Source: Deltaproteobacteria bacterium (GTDB lineage: Bacteria; Desulfobacterota; Desulfobulbia; Desulfobulbales; SURF-16). From it: 37,496 bases of DNA. The stretch is from contig JAOZSN010000004.1 in NCBI GenBank assembly GCA_029939635.1, positions 1 through 37,496 on the forward strand, read 5' to 3'. Shown piece by piece: positions 28,533 through 36,314 of the stretch (within the stretch, counting starts at the first letter, position 1; each line of letters opens with the position of its first letter). Under the pieces are notes generated by a model that was given only the letters and a program-made list of their open reading frames with translations, was not told where the DNA came from and ran no database searches. The translations under genes and the position numbers were made by a program.

Positions 28533-29627
28533 ATGGGTTTTCGTTGCGGCATTGTCGGCCTGCCAAATGTGGGCAAATCCACCATTTTTAACGCCATGAC
28601 GGCGGCTGAGATTGAATCAGCCAACTATCCGTTCTGCACCATTGAACCCAATGTTGGCATGGTACCTGTTCCCGACCCTCGCCTTAAAAAGCTTGGCGAC
28701 TTGGCCCAGACCAAAAAATTAGTTCCAGCCCAGATGGAGTTTGTTGACATTGCCGGGCTGGTCAGTGGTGCCAGCAAGGGTGAAGGCCTGGGTAACCAGT
28801 TCCTCGGTCATATTCGTCAGGTAGATGCCATTGCCCATGTTATTCGCTGTTTTGAAAACAGTAATATTGTCCATGTGGATGGCAGTATTGACCCGCTGCG
28901 TGACAGAGAGGTCATTAACATGGAACTCATCCTGGCAGATCTGGACACGGTGGAAAAACGTCTTGCCAAGACACGCAGCCAGGCCAAGTCTGGAGATAAA
29001 ACATTTATTGCCCAGGCAGCGATTCTTGAAGAGTTATATAACCTGCTGGATGAAGGCAAACCTGCCCGGCAAATGAAAACAGACGAGTTAAGCGAAAAAC
29101 TGCTCAAGGAACTCTGCCTGCTCACCAATAAGCCCGTGCTCTACGTTGCCAATGTCAATGAAGATGATATTGCCACCGGCAATGACTGGGTTGACAAATT
29201 GCGCGACGAGGTGAAAGAGGAAGGGGCACCAGTAGTGGTTATTTCCGGTGGTATCGAGGAGGAACTTGCGGGCCTTGACGCTGAAGAGCAGGCCGAATAC
29301 CTGGCTGATCTTGGCATGGAAGAATCTGGCCTGGGGCGCCTCATCCACGCAGGTTATAGTCTGCTGGGGCTGACCAATTATTTTACCGTGGGCGAGAAAG
29401 AAACCAGGGCCTGGACCATTAAAAAAGGAGCCACTGCCCCAGAGGCAGCCGGGGTTATCCATACTGATTTCCAGAAAGGGTTTATCCGGGCAGAGATCAT
29501 TGCCTATGACGATTTTATCGCCTGTGATGGCGAGGCTGGGGCCAAGGAAAAAGGTCTCTGGCGCCTGGAAGGCAAAGAGTATATTGTCCAAGATGGAGAC
29601 TGTATCAATTTCAGATTTAACGTGTAA
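28533..29627 (+). CDS. ychF: Redox-regulated ATPase YchF
   Basis: GIVGLPNVGKST, NYPFCTIEPN, DIAGLV, TGS domain GVIHTDF..GFIRAE. Confidence 0.98.
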   Translation: MGFRCGIVGLPNVGKSTIFNAMTAAEIESANYPFCTIEPNVGMVPVPDPRLKKLGDLAQTKKLVPAQMEFVDIAGLVSGASKGEGLGNQFLGHIRQVDAIAHVIRCFENSNIVHVDGSIDPLRDREVINMELILADLDTVEKRLAKTRSQAKSGDKTFIAQAAILEELYNLLDEGKPARQMKTDELSEKLLKELCLLTNKPVLYVANVNEDDIATGNDWVDKLRDEVKEEGAPVVVISGGIEEELAGLDAEEQAEYLADLGMEESGLGRLIHAGYSLLGLTNYFTVGEKETRAWTIKKGATAPEAAGVIHTDFQKGFIRAEIIAYDDFIACDGEAGAKEKGLWRLEGKEYIVQDGDCINFRFNV

Positions 29628-29639
29628 TAAAAATCCACC

Positions 29640-30044
29640 ATGGATATCACCCTCACCACACCAGCTCTGATCTTTCCCACGGTTTCCCTGCTCATGGTGG
29701 CCTATACCAACCGTTTTAATGCCCTGGGGGCACGTATCCGTAGCCTGGGAAAAGAATACAGGGAAAAACCAGACGAACATCTGGTGGCTCAGATTAAAAT
29801 TTTACGGAAACGGGTGGCACTCATTCGCAATATGCAGGCCTGCGGCCTCATCAGCCTCTTCACCTGCGTACTCTGCATCTTTACCCTTATTAGCGGCTTA
29901 ATGGTGGTGAGCAAACTCACCTTCGCCTTCAGCCTGGTCATGATGCTGATATCCCTGACCATATCCCTCAAAGAAGTACTAATCTCTGTTACTGCTCTGG
30001 ATTTAGAGCTTAATACCATGCTGAACCAGAAGAAGAAGGAATAA
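29640..30044 (+). CDS. DUF2721 family membrane protein
   Basis: TTPALIFPTVSLLMVAYTNRF..QIKILRKRVALIRNMQ..EVLISVTAL. Confidence 0.8.
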   Translation: MDITLTTPALIFPTVSLLMVAYTNRFNALGARIRSLGKEYREKPDEHLVAQIKILRKRVALIRNMQACGLISLFTCVLCIFTLISGLMVVSKLTFAFSLVMMLISLTISLKEVLISVTALDLELNTMLNQKKKE

Positions 30045-30046
30045 CC

Positions 30047-30928
30047 ATGCTTACCACCAACAAAGCACAACTGGTCTGCCAATCGGTCATTGGTGAGATC
30101 ACCTCCCCTTTAGGCGGCGTTAACCCCTATCGTATCGACCCTGACGGCCATTCAGACATCTACCCTGGAGTGGGCGGCATTACCTATAATGTTAGAGTTG
30201 GAGATGGAGCCTGCGGTCTTTTTGCCGATCATGTTGAACCAGGGGTTTCTATCTCAAACTTTACCAAATTTGCAGGCCAAAGCGGCCCCAATCAAGCGCT
30301 CAACATCTTTTCCTGTGCTGGTAATGTTGCAACGGTGGTTTCCGGTGAGGCCAAGGGCGAGACAGGCAGAATCACAGGCAAGCATGGTGGCATTGACCAT
30401 GTCCTCATTGACTTCGAGCCAGAGGTGCTCGACAACCTGGTTATAGGCGACAAGATCCAGGTCAAAGGCTTTGGCACAGGTCTGCAACTTATTGATCATC
30501 CTGACATCAAGGTACTTAATTTGGATCCTGCCCTCTTTGCCTGCCTGGATGTTAAGGTAAACAATGAGGGCTCCCTGCAGGTACCAGTGACCCATAAGGT
30601 ACCTGCAAAAATCATGGGATCTGGTATTGGTCATACGCAATCAAACACTGGCGATTACGACATCCAACTCTTTGACAAACCAACAGTGGCAGAGTATGGT
30701 TTGCAAAGTTTACGACTCGGTGATTTTGTGGCCATCATGGATGCAGATGCCACCTATGGTCGCATCTACCGCACCGGAGGTGTGGTCATTGCGGTTATCG
30801 TTCACTCCGACTGTGTCCTGGCCGGCCATGGCCCTGGTGCCATGGTGGTCATGGCCTCCAAAGAGGGCAAAATAACCCCGATCATAGACCCTGACGCCAA
30901 TCTGAAAAATTATTTTAACAGAATGTAG
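30047..30928 (+). CDS. DUF4438 family protein
   Basis: PGVGGITYNVRVGD, DHVEPGVS, GKHGG, IMGSGIG, GDYDI, HSDC..GHGPG; family recalled from these motifs. Confidence 0.75.
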   Translation: MLTTNKAQLVCQSVIGEITSPLGGVNPYRIDPDGHSDIYPGVGGITYNVRVGDGACGLFADHVEPGVSISNFTKFAGQSGPNQALNIFSCAGNVATVVSGEAKGETGRITGKHGGIDHVLIDFEPEVLDNLVIGDKIQVKGFGTGLQLIDHPDIKVLNLDPALFACLDVKVNNEGSLQVPVTHKVPAKIMGSGIGHTQSNTGDYDIQLFDKPTVAEYGLQSLRLGDFVAIMDADATYGRIYRTGGVVIAVIVHSDCVLAGHGPGAMVVMASKEGKITPIIDPDANLKNYFNRM

Positions 30929-30962
30929 AAACTATTATGGCCCAGGAACCAATAGAATGGCT

Positions 30963-31004
30963 CCTGACACCTGACACCTGACACCTGATACCTGACACCT
31001 GAAA
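30963..31004. repeat. Heptamer tandem repeat (CCTGACA)x~6
   Basis: CCTGACA x3, CCTGATA, CCTGACA, CCTGAAA directly before the pyrE ATG. Confidence 0.95.
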
Positions 31005-31006
31005 AA

Positions 31007-31564
31007 ATGACTGATCGCGAAAAATTAAAGAAATTACTGCTGGAAAAATCGTATCGCAAGGGTACCTTCACCCTCTCCTCTGGTCGCGAATCCGATTTTT
31101 ATATCGATGGCAAACAGACCATCCTCTCGGCAGAGGGTGCATACCTCGTTGGCCGTCTCATCTTTGAGCTTATCCAAAACCACCAGGATGATATTGGTGC
31201 CGTTGGCGGCATGACCCTGGGAGCCGACCCGCTGGTTACAGCCACCTCTATTGCCTCTTTTATGGCAGATGAGCCTATTCCCGCCTTTATCGTTCGGAAG
31301 GAGGCCAAAGGCCATGGCACAGAAAATTTTCTGGAAGGTCAGAAGAATATGCCAGAGGGCTGCAATGTAACCCTACTGGAAGATGTGGTCACTACAGGTG
31401 GCACCCTGCTCCAGGTCATTGACCGCGTTGAGGCCCAGGGTTTCAAGGTGGTACAGATTATTACCGTGGTAGATCGCCAGGAAGGCGGGGAAAAGACCTT
31501 GGCAGACAAAGGCTTCAAATTGGAAACCATCTTCACCCGTGCCCAGTTATTAGACGAAGAGTAG
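31007..31564 (+). CDS. pyrE: Orotate phosphoribosyltransferase
   Basis: FTLSSGRESDFYID, VRKEAKGHG, PRPP-binding LLEDVVTTGGT. Confidence 0.96.
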   Translation: MTDREKLKKLLLEKSYRKGTFTLSSGRESDFYIDGKQTILSAEGAYLVGRLIFELIQNHQDDIGAVGGMTLGADPLVTATSIASFMADEPIPAFIVRKEAKGHGTENFLEGQKNMPEGCNVTLLEDVVTTGGTLLQVIDRVEAQGFKVVQIITVVDRQEGGEKTLADKGFKLETIFTRAQLLDEE

Positions 31565-31575
31565 AAAAATAGGTA

Positions 31576-31648
31576 GCAGTTACCAGTTGTCGGTTATCAG
31601 TTCAAACCGCATCACACTGTAAACTGACAACCGGTAACAGGTAACTGC
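31576..31648. repeat. 27-bp inverted repeat built from degenerate heptamers
   Basis: GCAGTTACCAGTTGTCGGTTATCAGTT versus the reverse complement of 31622-31648, GCAGTTACCTGTTACCGGTTGTCAGTT (23/27). Confidence 0.85.
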
Positions 31649-31652
31649 AGTC

Positions 31653-31826
31653 ATGAAATGCCGTAAATGTAATGAAGGAGAGTTAGAGGTGGCCCGCTCC
31701 TGTAGACGAGTGCGAATGAAATGCCGTAAATGCCACCAGGAGTTTCAAATCCACGAGGTCGCCTCTGACCTGGACGACAAGACCTGCGCCATTCTCGAGC
31801 GCTACACCGCCATCATTTATGATTAA
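31653..31826 (+). CDS. Small dual-CXXC protein, 57 aa (Cys form of the dual CXXC small (seleno)protein family)
   Basis: MKCRKCNEGELEVARSCRRVRMKCRKCHQEFQIHEVASDLDDKTCAILERYTAIIYD; below the ORF-track length cutoff. Confidence 0.8.
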   Translation: MKCRKCNEGELEVARSCRRVRMKCRKCHQEFQIHEVASDLDDKTCAILERYTAIIYD

Positions 31827-32009
31827 CTCCCCATTCTCTCTTTAAATCTTCAGTAAAAACGTAAATTTATACCCCTTTCGCACCCAAATTTCCATTTCCA
31901 TCTAAGCCCCTCAGTGTGCTATACTATTTAGCCACAACATTAATCATTCCTTTAGGGCGTTGATCAACTTAGCTTGACCTTTGCTCCCCCATCCCCCTTA
32001 GGTGGCACA

Positions 32010-33248
32010 ATGAATTACCGTACGCTTCGTAACACCATGGCCATAGGCCTCACTTTTATTGCAACCTCCAATGCAAACGCGTTTGTTGCCGGACCTGATT
32101 TTTTCGGTCTTGATTTCCGTTTCAGCAATCCCGGCGCACGAGCAAATGCCATGGGGGGCGCTTTTATCGGTCTAGCAGATGATGCCTCCGCCGCCTATAC
32201 TAACCCGGCAGGACTAACCATTCTCACCAGTCCAGAATTCTCACTAGAATTCAAGGGTGGCGAATATACCACCAGAACCAATGACAGACGCGGAGAAACA
32301 GACTATCCAGACAATAGTACATCTCTCTCCTTCCTGAGCTACGCCTATCCCACGGAAAAAGTCACCTTTACCCTGTTTCGCCATACCCTCGTTGACAGTA
32401 CTGCCGAGTTTGACTTTACAGATAATGGTACCGTTGTCGACCATGCCAAAATATCAACAAATATCACTGCCCTTGGCATGGGAATGGGCATGAAGGTCAA
32501 TGATACATTTTCTCTTGGCCTCACCGTTGGCTTTGCTCAGCTGGACTACGACTCTTTTAACAAATCACTTGAAGCTGCCCCTGACAGCCCTGCTGGATAT
32601 GACAACTATGCGATATCATCAGCCAACGAAAATGACACATTTTACACCTTTTCCTTCCTGTGGAATATGGTGGGCGAGCTAAACCTTGGTATGGTGTATC
32701 GCATGGGGTCGGAATTTGAGCCACGCAAAACTGAATATAGATATAACACCACGGTGAGTGGCTATGTCGTTGATTTTGACGCAGAACATACTATCAAAGT
32801 GCCTGATGTCTATGGAGCAGGCCTCTCCTATCGCTTTCCAAAAGACATAACGGCAGCACTCGATGTTTCCTATATTACCTACTCAGACCTCACAAACAAT
32901 CTACTCTCCCGAAATATGTCAGGGGCAATTGGCCCCACATCTGATATGAAGATTGATGATGAAACCGAAGTCCGTTTTGGATTGGAATATATCATTGATC
33001 TGAAAGAGCACCCGCTAGCTTTACGCTGCGGCTATTATTACCGCCCCGACCACAAGGTATATTTTACCGGAATTCCGGGCAGCATGGGAAGTGTGGAGCC
33101 ATATCTGGTAAAGGGTGATGATGACCACATTTTCTCTGGCGGAGTGGGATTTCTGCTGTCAGATAATGTTCAGATTGATCTTGCTCTCTCTTCCGGCACA
33201 TTCATCACAGAAGGATATTTTTCTCTGGTCTACCGTTTTGAAAAATAA
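32010..33248 (+). CDS. FadL/OmpP1/TodX-family outer-membrane beta-barrel protein
   Basis: Signal peptide, NPGARANAMGGAFIGLADDASAAYTNPAGL hatch motif, amphipathic strands, terminal YFSLVYRF; RBS AGGTGG before ATG 32010. Confidence 0.85.
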   Translation: MNYRTLRNTMAIGLTFIATSNANAFVAGPDFFGLDFRFSNPGARANAMGGAFIGLADDASAAYTNPAGLTILTSPEFSLEFKGGEYTTRTNDRRGETDYPDNSTSLSFLSYAYPTEKVTFTLFRHTLVDSTAEFDFTDNGTVVDHAKISTNITALGMGMGMKVNDTFSLGLTVGFAQLDYDSFNKSLEAAPDSPAGYDNYAISSANENDTFYTFSFLWNMVGELNLGMVYRMGSEFEPRKTEYRYNTTVSGYVVDFDAEHTIKVPDVYGAGLSYRFPKDITAALDVSYITYSDLTNNLLSRNMSGAIGPTSDMKIDDETEVRFGLEYIIDLKEHPLALRCGYYYRPDHKVYFTGIPGSMGSVEPYLVKGDDDHIFSGGVGFLLSDNVQIDLALSSGTFITEGYFSLVYRFEK

Positions 33249-33261
33249 ATGAGGTGTACCC

Positions 33262-34464
33262 ATGACTCTACAACGAATCATCTTCTTTCTTAGCTTTTCC
33301 CTCGCCCTGCCTCAAACAATCTTTGCCCTGGAAAGTTATAAAAAGTTGTATCTTGAGGGTGTTGAATTCAGTCAATCAGGTCTGTATGAACAGGCAATCG
33401 ACTCCTTCAGTAAGGCCATTGCAATAAAGGATATGGAAAAAAAGAAGATCCGTTTTTATGGCATGCGGTACAGCGAATATTTTCCCCACCGAGAAAAGGG
33501 CATCTGCCACTTCAACATACAGCAGTATAAACAGGCTTACAGTGAACTGGAAAAATCACTGGAGATGGCACCTTCGGGGAAAGCAGAAAAATATCTGGCA
33601 CTGGCCACAATGGAGCTAAAAAAACTTGGTGAAACTGAAATACTTCGAGCCTACGAAATCCCTCAAGAGCTGAAGCAGCATGGTACAGCACGTAAGGTAA
33701 ATAAATATGCGGTTGCGGTTATTATTGGCAACCGAGACTATAACAACAAAGATATTCCACCTGTCAAATTCGCCATAAACGATGCTCGGCTGGTAAAGGA
33801 ATATCTTGTTTCTGTTCTGGGGTTCAGGGAAGGGAATATCATCCTCAAAGCCAATGCATCAAAAGGTATCTTTGAAGAAATATTTGGCACCAATGATACC
33901 TACAAGGGCAAACTATATGACTACTTGACCCCAGACAAATCAGATATTGTTGTCTACTATTCAGGTCATGGAGCGCCAAGTCTAGAGACTAAAAAAGGCT
34001 ATATACTTCCTGTGGACGGCAACCCAAACAATGTCAGTATTGGTGGCTATCCACTGGATCTGCTCTATCAAAACTTGGCAAAACTACCGGCAAAATCCAT
34101 TACCGTGGTAACAGATGCCTGCTTCTCCGGTGCACCACTTTTCAAAAAGGCCAGCCCCGTGGGTATTATCGTTAAAAATGCCTTAGCTGCCCGAGCCAAT
34201 ACCACCATTATCAACTCATCAGCAGGCACTGAACTTTCCAGTTGGTACCAGGAAAAAGGTCACGGACTTTTTACCTATTATTTTCTCCATGGACTTGCCG
34301 GAGCAGCAGATGAAAACAAGGACAAACAGATCTCACTGACCGAGATCAAAGAATACATCAGCGACAATGTTCCCTATATGGCACGTACCCTGCACAATGG
34401 CAGAAAACAGACACCTTCAGTGCAAAGTATGGATATGCAGAGAACCCTGGTGGAATTGCAATGA
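33262..34464 (+). CDS. Exported TPR + caspase-like (peptidase C14) protein
   Basis: Signal peptide, N-terminal TPRs, YAVAVIIGNRDY, catalytic YYSGHG and TDACFSG, HGLFTYYFLHGL, ADENKDKQIS, QTP. Confidence 0.9.
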   Translation: MTLQRIIFFLSFSLALPQTIFALESYKKLYLEGVEFSQSGLYEQAIDSFSKAIAIKDMEKKKIRFYGMRYSEYFPHREKGICHFNIQQYKQAYSELEKSLEMAPSGKAEKYLALATMELKKLGETEILRAYEIPQELKQHGTARKVNKYAVAVIIGNRDYNNKDIPPVKFAINDARLVKEYLVSVLGFREGNIILKANASKGIFEEIFGTNDTYKGKLYDYLTPDKSDIVVYYSGHGAPSLETKKGYILPVDGNPNNVSIGGYPLDLLYQNLAKLPAKSITVVTDACFSGAPLFKKASPVGIIVKNALAARANTTIINSSAGTELSSWYQEKGHGLFTYYFLHGLAGAADENKDKQISLTEIKEYISDNVPYMARTLHNGRKQTPSVQSMDMQRTLVELQ

Positions 34465-35312
34465 AAGATAAAACAGCCCTTATCTTTTTCTGCCTTTTCT
34501 TTCTCTTTACCTCAGCTGAACAGAGTCATGGAGCCACATGGGTTACCACCAATGGGGAGGCAGAAATTGCCAATATTAGTCCTGAAGAGGCCGAGCAGCT
34601 GGCTCTAAAACGTGCTCGGCACGAGGCCATTGCCAAAGTATGCGGCGTCCAAATTCAGGCAGAAACACTTATGGAAAATTTTACCCTCCAAGGTGATTTT
34701 ATCCACGGTGTCAGCTATGGAAGGATAATAGCTGAAAAAATTACTACCTGGCAGGTCGAGGTCAAACAACCCCGCAAAACCATCCCGCCAGAACTGACCC
34801 TTCAGGTTACCCTGCAAGCACAGGTGGAGCAGGAAAAACGAGAGCCAGACCCGTATTACAAGGCGAAAGTCTGGTTGAACAAATCTGTTTTTGAAAATGG
34901 CGAAGAGATGATTGTTAACGTCAGAGCCAGCAAAGACAGTTATATTACCGTGCTCAATTTTTCAGCCGATGGCTCTGTTACCCTGCTCTACCCCAACAAA
35001 CTACGCCCTGATAACGGCATAAAGGCCAACACCGTTATCCAAATCCCCGCCGAGCAGGACCGTAAAGGCTTGCTTTCCTTTCAGGTGGGCACCCTTCCTG
35101 ATCATAAACGGGACACAGAGGCCATAAAGGTTATCTTTACAAAAGGCCCAATAAACCTACTGGCAGAGGTAGAATCACGAGGCAATTATGGAGTCATGGC
35201 CTCCACAAAATTTGCCCTCACTGAAATTGCCCGTATTTTATCAACAATTCCACCTGACAGTCGTACCGAAGACAGTGCAATATATCAGGTGGTAAACCCA
35301 CGCCTCCAATAA
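34461..35312 (+). CDS. Exported protein with FlgT-N/LPP20-like N-domain and DUF4384 C-domain
   Basis: Signal peptide; GEAEI..AEQLALKRARHEAI; FENGEEMIVNVRASKDSYITVLNFSADGSVTLLYPN; ATGA overlap with the caspase gene. Confidence 0.75.
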   Translation: MKDKTALIFFCLFFLFTSAEQSHGATWVTTNGEAEIANISPEEAEQLALKRARHEAIAKVCGVQIQAETLMENFTLQGDFIHGVSYGRIIAEKITTWQVEVKQPRKTIPPELTLQVTLQAQVEQEKREPDPYYKAKVWLNKSVFENGEEMIVNVRASKDSYITVLNFSADGSVTLLYPNKLRPDNGIKANTVIQIPAEQDRKGLLSFQVGTLPDHKRDTEAIKVIFTKGPINLLAEVESRGNYGVMASTKFALTEIARILSTIPPDSRTEDSAIYQVVNPRLQ

Positions 35313-35331
35313 TTACTTCTTCAGGTACCCC

Positions 35332-36108
35332 TTAGAACCGCACTGTCACGCCGCCAAAGAACCCCTTAAATTCAACATCTACATCCGCTGAGATGTCGAT
35401 ATCACTGTGGTCAAAGTCAACACTCTGTACCCGATAGCCAAGCTCCAGGCCCGGTTTAACAAAGGGTATCATGTCAAGGGTGTAATCAACCTTGAGTTGG
35501 GCATCGTAGATACTGCTATCCTTATAGGCAATACCACGACCAATGGCCTCAACACCGATACCTGTGGACATTACATTTACCCTGGCCCGCAGATAGCCGA
35601 GGGGGAAAGTGCCGGAAAATTTTTCATTGACCGGAGCCAGCACATTATTCGTGTCGCGAATCAGATATTCACCATCAATATATTTGACCTGCAGACCAAG
35701 ATCCAGGGTCATCCAGAAGGTATTATCAAGTAAGTTATAATAGAGGGTTGCATCCAACTGACTCATCTGCAGTTCATTATATGAATTCGCAGTATAGGGA
35801 TTGCCATTCCAGACCAGCGTTTGCTTGGCGTTGCCGCTATATTCTGTATCGGCATATTCCAGGCGAATATTGGGCACAATGGGGATCGGATGTTTTAAAT
35901 AAGCCCAGACATAGGGAGAATCCTCCTTGTCAAAGCCGGCCTTATCAACAATATCATAGGACGGATCAGAGCCATACTTTATGGTGCCGCTGGGCTCAGT
36001 CTGCCAGAGACCGGCACCCATTTCAAAACGCAGAATATCGGCCTGGGCAGTGAAGCTAAGGCCAGACATGGCCAAAGTCAGTGTGCAAATTGCTATACTC
36101 TTTTTCAT
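35332..36108 (-). CDS. TIGR04219-like outer-membrane beta-barrel protein
   Basis: Signal peptide, HPIPIVPNIRLEY, DATLYYNLLDN, LELGYR, terminal GFFGGVTVRF. Confidence 0.8.
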   Translation of the reverse strand: MKKSIAICTLTLAMSGLSFTAQADILRFEMGAGLWQTEPSGTIKYGSDPSYDIVDKAGFDKEDSPYVWAYLKHPIPIVPNIRLEYADTEYSGNAKQTLVWNGNPYTANSYNELQMSQLDATLYYNLLDNTFWMTLDLGLQVKYIDGEYLIRDTNNVLAPVNEKFSGTFPLGYLRARVNVMSTGIGVEAIGRGIAYKDSSIYDAQLKVDYTLDMIPFVKPGLELGYRVQSVDFDHSDIDISADVDVEFKGFFGGVTVRF

Positions 36109-36314
36109 TTTTCATCCTTTATCATGATATACGGATTATAATTAACAGTTTACGGTTCAAGGAAAGGCTAATCAGATAAAGATAACATCCTCAAACTGTA
36201 AACCGGCAACTGGAAACGCCCTGTAATCGCGAACAAAACAACTCGTGCTTTCAACTGCCATACAAACAGGCTGAAGTTCGATGGTAATCAGTTTTTTTTG
36301 CGCCCCCCGTACCA

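Noticed and set aside
29088-29780. 230-aa antisense ORF over ychF
   Set aside because: Antisense shadow of a conserved gene with no motifs.
28378-31004. CRISPR interpretation of the tandem repeats
   Set aside because: 7-nt units with no spacers and no cas genes.
33262-34464. Caspase as anti-phage/abortive-infection effector
   Set aside because: The signal peptide indicates export, and no gasdermin, CBASS, NLR or CRISPR partner is present.
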